Assembly (NCBI GenBank): GCA_002269645.1 | Contig: NIVC01000119.1 | Location: forward strand, 44,966 to 108,965 | Length of the DNA: 64,000 bases | Source: Macrostomum lignano | Taxonomy: Eukaryota | Direction: 5' to 3' | Shown here: piece after piece, positions 1 to 13,846 of the stretch | How the letters are laid out: each line of letters begins with the position of its first letter | How positions within the stretch are numbered: the first letter of the stretch is position 1 | Position numbers and translations under genes: made by a program | The notes under the pieces: generated by a model | What the model saw: only the letters and a program-made list of their open reading frames with translations | Told to the model about the DNA's origin: nothing | Databases searched by the model: none

Positions 1-144
1 TAACATTGTGTCTGCCTCATATCAAAAGCAATAACTATTTTTGTGCTGAAATAATGAAAACTTTCTATCTGCGTAATGTATTTTTTCGGTAAAACCTACT
101 CCCTAACATTTTCTAAGAAATGTAGTCCTATTTGAGTAGTCTGG

Positions 145-360
145 CTTATTCATTAAGACAGGTCCTTCAGAAAGTTTCCTCGCTGTATGGCCAAAGAACT
201 CCAACTGTCATCTCCGAATGTTTGCCATCAGCTTCCTTCTACAACCAGCAATTAGCAGAACATCCTCATTTGCTGTGTGACTGGTCCATCTCACTCTCAG
301 GATGCGCCTCAAAAACGCTGTGAAGCTGGTGATGGTGATCTTGTCCAGCACTCTAACCCA
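145..360 (-). mobile_element. Degenerate RTE-clade LINE ORF2 C-terminal fragment in a Rab10 intron
   Basis: The minus strand reads ECWT../FLRRILRVRWTSHTANEDVLLIAGCRRKLMANIRR*QLEFFGHTARK. This matches my recollection of the post-RT region of RTE-type LINEs. There is an in-frame stop and a frameshift. Confidence 0.6.
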
Positions 361-412
361 TATGTGAGAACAGAGAGAACAAAACAATCAGTAATATTAT
401 TAGTAATAATTG

Positions 413-682
413 ATTACACCTGCCCCAATTGGGCCAGATGTGCAACTGACAGCTCAGCCGCAGCTATTACGCTGCGCATCTGAAGGCTGCGTACGGCTGT
501 TCAGTCCAAGGACTGGGGGGTCGCCACACACAGCCTCAATTGCCCCAGCTAATGCTGGCGCCCATTTTACAGCTGGGTGAACTGAAGCAATGCAGAGTAA
601 AGTGTCTTGCTCAAGGACTCAAATTGTTCCAGTGGGACCGGGCATTGAACCCCTAAACTTTCGCCCGTTAAACTACCAAGGG
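413..682 (-). mobile_element. tRNA-headed CORE-type (MIR-like) SINE, copy 1
   Basis: The minus strand has a B-box-like GGTTCAATGCC followed by TTGAGCAAGACACTTT...CAGTTCACCCAGCTGTAAAATGGG, which resembles the MIR/CORE domain. A second similar copy lies at 58055-59008. Confidence 0.7.
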
Positions 683-919
683 TGAGAATACCCCCTGAAC
701 ACCACCCCGATCCCGGTATCCGTATAGTTCAACTATTAGTAGTGCACGCTGCTGATGCTTGTGTCTATGGCCCAACTTTGCACGGAATGACATTTGTCTG
801 TAAGGAAAATACAAAATATTTGATCCTAAGTTGGCGGGAGAACTTTTTGATAATTGAATCGATTGTGGGCAAATGGTACACAGACCATATATTGATTGTC
901 AGGATATATAAACACCTAC

Positions 920-1129
920 CTGCCGCTTATCACCCATATCCTTCTTGTTTCCAATAATCACTCGTTCAACATCTTCGCTGGCGTGCTCGTCAATATTGCG
1001 CAGCCATCTGGACACGCTTTCGAATGTTTTGCGCGAGGTGATGTCGTAAACTAGCATTATGCCCATTGCGCCTCGGTAATAGGAGGTCGTGATGGTGTGG
1101 AACCGTTCCTGCCCGGCCGTGTCCCAGAT
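920..1129 (-). CDS. RAB10: Rab10 small GTPase, coding exon 2 (70 codons); later exons lie outside the window
   Basis: Translates as [72 protein letters not shown] acceptor at 1131-1130, GT donor at 919-918, phase 0. HTITTSYY favours Rab10 over Rab8. Confidence 0.93.
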
Positions 1130-1232
1130 CTGCCGGAGTTCGTTACCATGGCGACATTAGTTTTATCCGTTAGATACATTATACTCTAACACGACTACCA
1201 ATTATGGCCCTGAATCTAAGAGGATAACGGCA

Positions 1233-1872
1233 GCCCAGCAACTGAGGATCTGGGAGGCTGGCCCAGCAACTGAGGATCTTGGAGGCTGGCCCAGCAACTG
1301 AGGATCTGGGAGGCTGGCCCAGCAACTGAGGATCTGGGAGGCTGGCCCAGCAACTGAGGATCTGGGAGGCTGGCCCAGCAACTGAGGATCTGGGAGGCTG
1401 GCCCAGCAACTGAGGATCTGGGAGGCTGGCCCAGCAACTGAGGATTTGGGAGGCTGGCCCAGCAACTGAGGATTTGGGAGGCTGGCCCCAGCAACTGAGG
1501 ATCTGGGAGGCTGGCCCAGCAACTGACACTCTGGGAGGCTGGCCCAGCAACTGAGGATCTGGGAGGCTGGCCCAGCAACTGAGGATCTGGGAGGCTGGCC
1601 CAGCAACTGACACTCTGGGAGGCTGGCCCAGCAACTGAGGATCTGGGAGGCTGGCCCAGCAACTGAGGATCTGGGAGGCTGGCCCAGCAACTGAGGATCT
1701 GGGAGGCTGGCCCAGCAACTGAGGATCTGGGAGGCTGGCCCAGCAACTGAGGATCTGGGAGGCTGGCCCAGCAACTGAGGATCTGGGAGGCTGGCCCAGC
1801 AACTGAGGATCTGGGAGGCTGGCCCAGCAACTGAGGATCTGGGAGGCTGGCCCAGCAACTGAGGATCTGGGA
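1233..1872. repeat. 28-bp minisatellite (GCCCAGCAACTGAGGATCTGGGAGGCTG), about 23 copies, in Rab10 intron 1
   Basis: Directly visible tandem array; it explains the three overlapping repeat ORFs at 1179-1858. Confidence 0.97.
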
Positions 1873-1963
1873 GCAGGAAAGCTTATTTATTTTATCAAAA
1901 TGAAAGTTTCTTTGATTGTGGTCTCTTCCAGGTCTAGAAGCATCACTAATTTACAATAGTTAC

Positions 1964-2146
1964 CTGTAGCTTAATCTTCTTGCCTTCAACTTCAATGGTT
2001 TTAATTTTAAAGTCGATGCCAATAGTAGATATAAATGAAGTCTGGAAGGTGTTGTCAACAAATCGAAACAGGATGCAAGTCTTGCCAACACCGGAGTCCC
2101 CAATGAGCAGAAGTTTGAACAGAAGGTCGTATGATTTTTTAGCCAT
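1964..2146 (-). CDS. RAB10: Rab10 small GTPase, coding exon 1 (61 codons)
   Basis: Translates as [29 protein letters not shown]...[24 protein letters not shown] (P-loop and switch I). GT donor at 1963-1962, in phase with exon 2. Confidence 0.93.
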
Positions 2147-2355
2147 AGCTGGAAATGAAATATTGGGAGTGTATTAATAAATGATTTGTTAAATCAAAAT
2201 AATATTACCGTGCTTAACAAGGCAATATTGAAACTTAGTATTCTTCTACTCTACCAGATAGGATGTTTCACACCTTGCTTTTTGTCAGAAACTGGATGCA
2301 AAATTCAAAATCTTGATGTCAATTTTATCAACCACAATCAATATGAAACAAAATG

Positions 2356-2680
2356 CAGGGCATTGCCATAGATTTTATGGTAGGGCGGGGGCGGCAGCTG
2401 AGAATTCAACATGTACTATACATTGTTTTCAAAATTGGTGTTGTCAGCGCCCACTTTAACACTGCAGGCACTCGTTTTGGTACCACATACCCTTTTTAGT
2501 GTCCCAGGCACTCATTTTGGTGCTGCAGATGCTATATTTTTTTGCCCTGAAGCAAAATTATTAATTTTCATAATGAGTCACAAGGTTGGATGGGGGGCAC
2601 AAAGAATTGGCATGTCCCCTCATAGCTTTTACTAGGAGGGGCATGCCCCCTGCCCCCTCCTAGTGGCAATGCCCAGGCTG
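2356..2680. mobile_element. hAT-like MITE, copy 1 (325 bp)
   Basis: Perfect 8-bp TSD ACAAAATG (2348-2355 and 2681-2688). Termini CAGGGCATTGCCA...TGGCAATGCCCAGGCTG. Internal sequence is homologous to 58202-58873. Confidence 0.75.
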
Positions 2681-5600
2681 ACAAAATGATTGTTTACAAG
2701 TAAGAAATCTTAGGAACTAGCAAAAAAGAATGAAAAATTAGCATCTAGAATTAAAAAAGTTGGATACCAATTTTGGCATCTAAGGTAAAAATTCAGAATT
2801 TATACCTTATTCATAATTCATGTATTCATAAATACATAAATTTAAAAGTTTATGAAAACCATGGTTTGTACAACTAAGACATGGTTTGTACAAGATAAGA
2901 CATTATTTTTACATAGGCTTAAGCTTAAACTATTCAAGAAGAAAAAATATATACTATCAATATTGCATTTTTGACAAAACTATATTGCATTTTGGTCACC
3001 TCAAACCATTTTAAAACAATTTTTTAGAAGTAAATCTAAATTCACCTCTACTGTTAAAGTATATACTAAATTTTCTAAGGTGATTATTGAAAAAATCAAT
3101 GAAATTGTAAATGAAATAACAACAATAATAAGCAAAAGCCAAATTTAAATTTAAGGATAGTTCATATGATCAGATTGAGTGCACACCAAGGTTAGGGCCT
3201 AGGGAATTTTAATCTTAGGACAATGCTATATTTAGGGAATTTTTATGATTTCTGATTCTAATTTATAGCACAAATTTAGTATTATAAATATCAGAGCAAG
3301 ATATTTTATATAATTTATAGTAGGTGAGCAGTGTGAGCACTTTTAGCATAGAAAACTATAATAAAGTTATAACATTTCTATATAGAAAATGCATTGTAGT
3401 TGAATTGGGTTTAACTCTTAGCAATGCTATGCTAGACACAAAAACATGATCTAAGCCTCACTGGGCTACAGTTTATTATATATTAAATAGTTAGTGCCAA
3501 GATGAAAATTTAAGCTTAAGCCAGGCTGCGCAGGCTGTACAGAGAGTACTTTCACTAGCTTGTGTACATTGTATATTGAAAGCGATATGAGCTTGTTGGA
3601 GAAAATAAATCAGTGGGCACAATAGAATAGCCACAGATTGAGATTGAGTAATTGATTGAAAATAAATAGCACTTTCCACCACATGCATTATCCTAACTAT
3701 AAGAAAGCACATTTAGCCTTTTATGAGCATTTGATTGGCTAGAGTGAATGTTATAAGAGTAAACCTAAAGATCTATGAGCTATTTAACATTTTTGACTAC
3801 GGTAACTTAGACTTTAAATAAAAAATCTAGTGATACATTGAAGATGCTCCATAAATACTTATACTTTGCATGCTAACAATGAACAATATATCCTATGATA
3901 ACAAGTTTGATATTGCTAGAAAGCAGCTTTTCTCTTTTTTTAAAATGCTAAGAGTTATTCCATTCTATCAGTTATAACAAAGAATGCAATGAAAGGTCAT
4001 ATATATAGACTTACAAGATTTCAGTGCTAATTATTTATGGACACCAACAACCCAATTGTCCACATCAACACCATTGAGAGGTCATGCTATCTTGGGCCCA
4101 TATTAAGCTTAAAAGTGAAATTCAGGGTAATGCATAGCACTTTCATGCCTTATTTAAGAGCCAACTGAATTTAATATCTATGAGGGATATCCCAAAAGTC
4201 TTTTCAATAACTATAAAAAATAAAACAAATAACTAGAAAGTTATAGAATTTAAGTCCTTCAAAGTAGCATCCTTTGGTTACAATTAGCAATCATGTAATG
4301 CCAGAGCTCTAACAGCTTCTCACTTTATTAACAATGCTAGAAGCATTCCAAACTTGTTTATGCAATGATAGCAATTGCCTCAAAGCTTGGGAGAGATAAA
4401 AGTTATAGAGACTTTGTGTCAAAAAAATAAGTAAAATGCAATAGTATAGCCTAATCATAGTTTTCTAGCAGCTTCTTTATAAGCCTAGCCATCCAAGGAT
4501 TTGCATTTTCATAAAGTAAAAGCAGCAATGATCAATCTTCTAGTACATATAGTTTCCCTGTTGGAATAAGTGTAAAAGACCTGTAGACATCCAATATGGG
4601 GTCTAAAATTACAGCTCAAAACTGCAAAACAAAATAAAAAATGTTAACTTTCACATAAATACAGGCATAATACGAGCATACTAATTAGATAACAAGGCAT
4701 TTAGCCCTGATAAGATATAGCTACTCATATGTTTACTCAAAACTGTACCATACTATAACACTACTTGCTTTTTAGAAAACTAGTCTAAGACAATAAATGA
4801 TGAAGATTTTGTAGTATTACTAGTTCATGTCCTTATTTTGGGAGTTTTGACATGATACTTGTAATTATATCAAAGTAATTGTAACAAAAGATAAGACTCA
4901 TCTTCTTTGAATCCTTGTTGCATCTGAAGACTAGGCTAGGCCTAATACAAGATTATTAACTTAAGATTAGGCTCATATTTTTAGAATATATAAGTAGAGC
5001 CATGTCTTATTCAAAGAAATGGTTATAAAGAAACAAATCTCTTTTTTTCTTTCTAAGTGGCAATGTAGCATAATAGCTGCTTGGCAATGGTTATCTGGTG
5101 ATCTTTTAGTATAATACCGAGATGGCAAGGTATCTATTATATCTAACAAGTAAAAACTTTCTACATGTCAATATTTTTTGCTAAAAAATAAAATATAATC
5201 ATATATATACAATTCCCCTTCTCTAATTTACTGGCCATGCAATTTATTTTTTGATTAAAAATGTAACTTACTTAGGCCCTATAACCCTATAATACCTATA
5301 AAAAACATTAAAGTAAAAATCTATGTAGTTTTAGATAAATGGTAAAAGTAACTAGGCCTTTGGCTGTCTTTTTAAAGCTAAATGTCTTGTTATCTAATCT
5401 AATCTAATCTAATCTAAATCTAATAAATCTAAGTACTAATATATATATAGGGCCTATTCTTTAAAGTAGGAATTTTTGCAACTTACCCCTAGTCTACCAG
5501 AATTTATAGTGGCTAGATTGGCTAGCAATGCAGTTGCACATATATGAAAAATATAATATAAATTTTATATTAGTCAGTCAAAAAATAATAACTAAGACTA

Positions 5601-7046
5601 TTTTAGATTGCTACTAAGGGCCTATTTTTCTATCAGATAAATATCTTAAAAATTACAGGGCCTAAATTTTAAAATCTCACTCTAGCCTATAAGCCTAGTC
5701 TTTGTAGTTAGGTCTACTATCCCAAGACACCCGGATTGCGATGAAATTGGGAATATTGCAATAAAATTGAAATAATTGCTATAATTACAATTTCCCTAAA
5801 ATTAGTTAAATTGCAATTCACTTGTGCAAGTCACTTGTAATTATTGCAATTCTACTAAAATGCTTTACTCTCTACTTACAGTAGAATACTTAGAATATTA
5901 AATTGGACAAATTGCAATTTGATTGTGAACTTTAACTGTTTTATAATTTTGTGTTAGCGATAAAGGAAATGAGCCAATAACTACAGTTTGGATAGCCATA
6001 TTTTGTAAAGATTTGTTTTAGCAGCATTTTTAAGGAAAATGTTTATAATTTGTTTAAGCAATGTATTAAGATTTGCTTTGAGCAAAAATGCTGCAAAATG
6101 TCTGCCATGTTTTCTATAATCATAAGTTAGCCATATAGCCTGAAGTATAGCTCTCCCTACTTGACTTGTTGTAATAGTTATGAACTCGTCATAATTATAA
6201 TCAGCATTAATTAAAAGGCTAAGCCTGTAAAAGCTAACCAAATAATTATTCTAATAATATTAATTTAGTGCTTTTAATTTCAGTTTCAGTAGCCTAGCCC
6301 CTATTTTATTGTAGGCCTAAGCCTAGTCTTGTGTTGTGCCTCTGTTGTGTGATATGATGACATTATAAGTATAATCTACATCATAGAGTTGGCCTATTAT
6401 ATATAGACTATAGATTGGATAGAGAGGTGGCATGTAAGGCTGGCCCTATAAGATATTACCTGTAAATTTAATGTAACCTAGTTGGCTATGGTAGCAGGCT
6501 TGTGTTGTGTCTTTGTGTTCTGTTGTGTTTTCTTCTAAAAAACTAGCAAAGGCCTATTGCTTTGTGATAGTAGCCAAGTGGGTAGGGTAGGTCTAAATTG
6601 ACTTTATTGTATAATAATAATAATGGTGCAAAAAGTGCAAAAATATTCTTACTATTATTATTATTATTGGAATATTAGCAATTAGCTAATTTATTTAGAC
6701 AATATGAGCAATTACTAGCAATCTTCGCCCCCCGTTGGGGGACATCTGGATAGAATCTCTGTTCTCTATAAGTAACAAAAAGACAGCCAAATAAAGCCTT
6801 CACAAAGACGACAGACAAACTGCTCAAATAAAGTGTAATGCAAAAAGAAATCATCCCAAGACAGCAAGCATCCCCCAGATAGCAAGCATCTCCCAGATTG
6901 CAAGCATCCCCCAGATAGCAAGCATCCCCAAATAGTAAGCATCCCCCATACAATAAGTAGCTAGTGCTACAATTTCCTTAGCTCTATAGTGGCTCCTTTA
7001 AAATTGGCATGACGCTTACTTTTACGTTTGAAATTGTGTATCTTTT

Positions 7047-10000
7047 ATGGTGGCTCTTTAATGTTTGACATGGTGGCTCTTTTATGTTCTACATGGTGGC
7101 TCTTTATTGTTTGACATAGTGGCTCTTTTATTTTTGACATGGTGGCTCTTTAATGTTCGACTTGGTGGCTCTTTAATGTTTGACATGGTGGCTCTTTAAT
7201 GTTAGACATGGTGGCTCTTTACTGTTTGACAGGGAGTCACATATATGTTTGACATGATGGCTCTTTTATGTTTGACATGGTGGCTGTTTAATGTTTGACA
7301 TTGTGGCTCTTTAATGTTTGACATGGTGGCTCTTTAATGTTTGACATGATGGCCCTTTTATGTTTTACATGGTGGCTCTTTTATGTTTGACATGGTGGCT
7401 CTTTTATGTTTGACATGGTGGCTGTTTTATGTTCGACATGGTGGCTCTTTAATGTTAGACATGGTGGCTCTTTAATGTTTGACCTGGTGGCACCTTAATG
7501 TAATGATGGCTCTTTAATGTTTGAAATAGTGGCTCTTTAATGATCGACATGGTGGCTCTATAATGTTAGACATGGTGGTTCTTTAATGTTTGACATGGTG
7601 GCTCTTTAATGTTAGACATGGTGGCTCTTTAATGTTAGACATGGTGGCTCTTTAATGTTTTACGTGGTGGCTCTTTAATGTTTGACATGAAGTCACATAT
7701 ATGTTGGACATGGCGGCTCTTTAATTTTCGACATGGTGGCTCTATAATGTTAGACATGGTGACTCTTTAATGTTCGACATGGTGGCTCCTCTATGTTTGA
7801 CATGGTAGCACTTTAATGTCTATAATGATGGCTTTTTAATGTTTGAAATGGTGGCTCTTTGATGTTCGACATGGTGGCTCTATAATGTTAGACATGGTGG
7901 CTGTTTAATGTTAGACATGGTGGCTCTTTAATGTTCGACATGGTGACTTTTTAATGTTCGACATGGTGCCTCTTTATTGTTTGACATGGTGGTCCTTTTA
8001 TGTTTGATATGCTGGCTCTTTTATGTTTGACATGATGGCTCTTTAATGTTTGACATGGAGTCACATGTGTGTTAGACATGGTGGCTCTTTAATGTTTGAC
8101 ATGGTGGCTTTTTTATAATTTACATGGTGGCTCTTTAATGTTAGACATGGTGGCTCTTTAATGTTAGACATGGTGACTCTTTAATGTTCGACATGGTGGC
8201 TCTTTAATGTTAGACATGGTGGCTCTTTAATGTTCGACATGGTGCCTCTTTATTGTTTGACATGGTGGTCCTTTTATGTTTGATATGCTGGCTCTTTTAT
8301 GTTTGACATGATGGCTCTTTAATGTTTGACATGGAGTCACATATGTGTTGGACATGGTGGCTCTTTTATGTTTGACATGGTGGCTTTTTTATAATTTACA
8401 TGGTGGCTCTTTAATGTTAGACATGGTGGCTCTTTAATGTTAGACATGGTGGCTCTTTAATGTTAGACATGGTGGCTCTTTAATGTTTGACATGGTGGCT
8501 CTTTAATGTTTGACATAAAGTCACATATATGTTGGACATGGTGGCTCTTTAATTTTCGACATGGTGGCTCTTTAATGTTAGGCATAGTGGCTCTTTAATG
8601 TTCGACATGGTGGCTCTTTAATGTTAGACATGGTGGCTCTTTAATGTTAGACATGGTGGCTCTTTAATGTTAGACATGGTGGCTCTTTAATGTTTGACAT
8701 GAAGTCACATATATGTTGGACATGGTGGCTCTATAATGTTCGACATGGTGGCCTTATAATGTTCGACATGGTGGCTCTTTAATGTTTGACATGGTGGCTC
8801 TTTTATGTTCGACATGGTGGTTCTTTTATGTTTGACATGGTGGCTCTATAATGTTCGACATGGTGGCTCTTTAATGTTTGACATGGTGGCTCTTTAATGT
8901 TCGACATGGTGGCCTTTTATTGTTCGACATGGTGGCTCTTTAATGTTTGACATGGTGGCTCTTTTATGTTCGACATGGTGGTTCTTTTATGTTTGACATG
9001 GTGGCTCTATAATGTTCGACATGGTGGCTCTTTAATGTTTGACATGGTGGCTCTTTAATGTTAGACATGGTCGCTCTTTAATGTTAGACATGGTGGCTCT
9101 TTAATGTTTGACATGGTGGCTCTTTTATGTTTGACATGGTGGCTCTATAATGTTCGACATGGTGGCCTTTTAATGTTCGACATGGTGGCTCTTTAATGTT
9201 TGACATGGTGGCTCTTTTATGTTCGACATGGTGGTTCTTTTATGTTTGACATGGTGGCTCTATAATGTTCGACATGGTGGCTCTTTAATGTTCGACATGG
9301 TGGCTCTTTAATGTTTGACATGGTGGCTCTTTAATGTTAGACATATTGGCTGTTAATTTTTGACATGGTGCCTCGTTAATGTTTGACATGGTGGTCCTTT
9401 TATGTTAGACATGGTGGCTCTTTTATGTTTGACATGATGGCTCTTTAATGTTTGACATGAAGTCACATATATGTTGGACATGGTGGCTCTTTAATGTTCG
9501 ACATGGTGGCTCTTTAATGTTAGACATGGTGGCTCTTTAATGTTAGACATGGTGGCTCTTTAATGTTAGGCATGGTGGCTCTTTAATGTTTGACATGAAG
9601 TCACATATATGTTGGACATGGTAACTCTTTAATGTTCGACATGGTGGCTCTTTAATGTTAGACATGGTGGCTCTTTAATGTTAGACATGGTGGCTCTTTA
9701 ATGTTAGACATGGTGGCTCTTTAATGTTAGCTATGGTGGCTCTTTAATGTTTGACATGAAGTCACATATATGTTGGACATGGTAACTCTTTAATGTTCGA
9801 CATGGTGGCTCTTTAATGTTAGACATGGTGGCTCTTTAATGTTAGCCATGGTGGCTCTTTAATGTTAGACATGGTGGCTCTTTAATGTTAGACATGGTGG
9901 CTCTTTAATGTTCGACATGGTGGCTCTTTAATGATAGACATGGTGGCTCTTTAATGTTAGACATGGTGGCTCTTTAATGTTCAACATGAAGGCTCTTTAA

Positions 10001-10830
10001 TGTTAGACATGGTGGCTCTTTAATGTTCAACATGAAGGCTCTTTAATGTTTGAAATTGTGGCACTTTAATGTTTGAAATTGTGGCACTTTAATGTTAGAC
10101 ATGGTGGCTCTTTAATGTTAGACATGGTGGCTCTTTAATGTTCGACATGATGGCACTTTAATGTTTGAAATGGTGGCTCTTTAATGTTTGACATGAAGTC
10201 ACATATATGTTGGACATGGTAACTCTTTAATGTTCGACATGGTGGCTCTTTAATGTTAGACATGGTGGCTCTTTAATGTTAGCCATGGTGGCTCTTTAAT
10301 GTTAGACATGGTGGCTCTTTAATGTTAGACATGGTGGCTCTTTAATGTTCGACATGGTGGCTCTTTAATGATAGACATGGTGGCTCTTTAATGTTAGACA
10401 TGGTGGCTCTTTAATGTTCAACATGAAGGCTCTTTAATGTGTGAAATTGTGGCACTTTAATGTTTGAAATTGTGGCACTTTAATGTTAGACATGGTGGCT
10501 CTTTAATGTTTGACATGGTGGCTCTTTAATGTTTGATATGAAGTCACATATATGTTGGACATGGTGGCTCTTTAATGTTCGACATGGTGGCTCTTTAATG
10601 TTAGACATGGTGGCTCTTTAATGTTCAACATGATGCCTTTTTATGTTTGAAATTGTGGCACTTTAATGTTAGACATGGTGGCTCTTTAATGCTAGACATG
10701 GTGGCTCTTTAATGTTTGACATGATGGCACTTTAATGTTTGAAGTGGTGGCTCTTTAATGTTAGATATGGTGGCTCTATAATGTTAGACATGGTGACTCT
10801 TTAATGTTTGACATGAAGTCACATATATGA
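7047..10830. repeat. 23-bp satellite (CATGGTGGCTCTTTAATGTTWGA), about 160 copies
   Basis: Period of 23 counted directly. A variant unit CATGAAGTCACATATATGTTGGA recurs through the array. Confidence 0.97.
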
Positions 10831-11172
10831 AGCCTAATATTTAAAAAAGCAAATGCTTTTTATATTTATAATTTGCTTTGCCCAATTGGCCTTTAAATTT
10901 TACTCATAGCTCATAAACCCAAGTATAGTTAGGCCTATAGGTATAATATAGCCTAGCAAAGCTTTTCATTAGCTTAGCTTTCTTAACTTTAGTGTACAAG
11001 ACTTATATTATGGCTATAATGGACTTGCCACCTAGGCTATCTTATCCAACTATTCTAAATGTCTTTTTATTCTATTATTATATTCTATTCAAATATTATT
11101 TAGGACTATATTATTTAAAACCATAATATAGCCTAAATCATAATTTATTTAGTGTCTTTAGTAGGCATAATA

Positions 11173-11405
11173 CACCTTTTCATGATCAATTTTGATCAAA
11201 ATCCAATTCTAAAAAACTAGCAAAAATTCAATTTAGAAAATTCAGACTAGGCCTAGGGCAATACTTGTGGAAAATCAATAAAACAAAATCTAGTTCAAAA
11301 AATTCTGTACCAAAGCAAGGTTTAGCCATAAAATAAAATTGTCCAGTTGAATTTCTGCTAGTTTTTTAAAACTGGACTTTGATCAAAATTGAATGTGAAA
11401 AGGTA
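11173..11405. mobile_element. Tc1/mariner-type foldback MITE
   Basis: Imperfect TIRs of about 65 bp (CACCTTTTCA..TCAATTTTGATCAAA.TCCA.TT.TAAAAAACTAGCA.AAATTCAA), flanked by TA at 11171-11172 and 11406-11407. Confidence 0.65.
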
Positions 11406-13846
11406 TAATAACCAAATATTGTCTTATATAGTATATATTATAGTCTAAACTAAGAATTTTTATGCTGGTTACATGACCTTCACTAAGTAAGTTAGTCTAA
11501 AGATAAAAGTCCTTAGCCTATTTCTATATTTTAGTTTTGAGTTATAAAATTGGATTTTAACTATACTCAAATAAGAATCGTTAAATTAAGTTTAACTAAT
11601 TACAAAGCCTAGTAGAGCCAAACTAGAAGTAAATTTGATCATAGGCCCCTAATCTATACTATAGAATAAGTCTAATGATAATGGTAAGTTATCTTGGTTA
11701 TTGCATAAATTTTGTAATACTATTAGTAAATAGATCAGCCTAGACCTAGTTGGGAATTATATGCTTGATGACTTTAATATATAGCCAAGGGCAAAAAGCA
11801 ATGTCATTGCTAAGTAATTTACTATATAAATATAGCCTTATTTTAGATTGAGTTTTAAATAGGCATATGATTAATATGTTGTTCTTTTCTTTTACCTATC
11901 TCTAATAACAAAACTATTTTAATTTTTCCAGCTCAACAGACCAGCAAAGGAGCAGTAGCCCATCCAGGGTCCTAAGGAAGGAAGGAAAAACCAATAGCCC
12001 AATTAATTGCTACAAAAACAGACCAGCTCAACAGACTGATTTATTTATTGCTGCAAAAACATATTTCCTCACCATAATCCTAAAATGCATTAGCTCTAAT
12101 TAATTCATTAAAATATAAATAGTATCTTGAGTCTTGCTAAAAATGTTGTCAATTTAATGTTTTGTTGAAGTGGTTGGTTGCAATTGGCATAAGTTGGTTT
12201 TGTTTTCTGAACTTGTTTGTTATTTTCTAATGGGCAAGTGTGTATTTATGTGTATGAGGGAATCAATTAACTGAGTACTCTACTCTCCTATGAAACAAAA
12301 ATCAATGCAGTATATTAATTGTATGTATTACTAGTAGTAGCAAGATAAAAAGCGAAATTACAATCAGAATTGCTTAAGCAAATTGTAATTTGATTGCCAA
12401 TCCTCTTGTGCTAATTACAATTTAATTGTCACAATTGCAATCTAATTGTAATCTGCTTGTCGAGATTGCAATTTAATTATAATTTGCTTATTAAGATTAA
12501 CAATCAATTGCCAATTAATTTGCAATAATTGCCCAATTTTGCAAATTCAATTGTAATTAATGCGCAATTATCACAATTTTGGGCATCTTGGGATGACATA
12601 ATATCATTGTTAGGCTTAGACAGTAAGTGATAAGTCTTAGTCTATTATAGGCATAACTATGGTTTCGTTCGTTATATTATTTCTTGTTTCAAATTTGTTC
12701 TAGCGTATAAAGAAACCCTAGACGACCGGATTGCCCATTAATTATTGTGATTGTAATTCAATTGGAAAAATTGTAAAAATTGCAATTCGCTCGTGCAATC
12801 AGCTTGCAATCTAGATAAGTGCCTAAGAACCGTCTTATTCTACTGATAAGTAGTCAAGTTAAAATTGGGGACTTGCGATAATTGCAATCCGATTATAAGA
12901 ACATAGCAGAAAAAAGTGTTACTATGTTTTTATATATTCAAATACTTCTACGACCATATACAATATTTATTTAATGAAAATATCTTTATTTTTATAGGTT
13001 CTGATAATGTATACTGTTGTTGTTTTACTTCGCATTAAAATAATGATCTAACCAAAATAAGTAAACGTCTTGCCGGGTATAATTTTCTTTGCGGCAAATG
13101 TGGACTACTACAGCGAGCGAAGGCTCCGACGGCGCTTCTTCTTCAAAGTTTCAACATCTGTACGAACAGAACCATTTGTTCTTTTAACTTTCTCGTAGTG
13201 TGTTTATATTCAGTCTCAGTCTAAAGTTTTTTCTTTTCGCACTGAATTTAATTTTTAACATTCACAATGCATAAAGCAAATGTAGATGCCAAGGGCAAGG
13301 CTATGCCATTCTAATGATTACATTATGGACCTAATATTTGTTGTGTGATTCAGGTTATTCATTCATTCAGTCCATTCAGGGGCTGTTCAAAAATTGTAGC
13401 TATATTTAGCTATATTTAGTTTTTAGCTATATTGCCTCTAAGTCAAATCAAAATTGAAACACTCCTAATCCTTTAAAGTTTAATAGTGATATCATTTTTG
13501 GGTAATAGTTTGCTCTTTTTGAAATTTTAAATGCCAGTTTTTTCTTTTGGTAATCCTGCTTTATATTCTAGATTTTCAACTTCCATCCTATTCAAAAGCT
13601 AGTACTATTCATATATAATATAATATATATTATATTGTCTCTTTATTCTATTTGCATGTATTTGCTTAGGCCTACTATAAAATAAATTGCTCTCTCTAGA
13701 CTAGTAGTCCAATGAGTCTATACCTATGCTACCAAGTACCTTAGGCCTAGGCCTAACTTTAATTAAATTGAATTGTTATGCTATGGAACCTTGAATAGCT
13801 ACTAGGTATAGCTAGTTTTGAAATATAATTTGAACATTGAAGACTT

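Larger units (their letters stand above)
5721..12592. mobile_element. Non-autonomous EnSpm/CACTA (CMC)-type element, 6.9 kb
   Basis: TIRs CCCAAGACACCC and CCCAAGATGCCC (10/12), 2-bp TSD AT, dense AATTGCAAT-type subterminal repeats at both ends. The left end resembles that of the element at 12716. No intact ORF. Confidence 0.75.

Noticed and set aside
3490-4620. Possible decayed transposase or Helitron coding remnant on the minus strand
   Set aside because: Only short, frame-broken peptide resemblances were seen; no family can be supported without a profile search.
7047-10830. Regular repeat arrays as possible CRISPR arrays (also 31989-33135)
   Set aside because: They are head-to-tail tandem units with no unique spacers and no cas genes, in a eukaryotic context.
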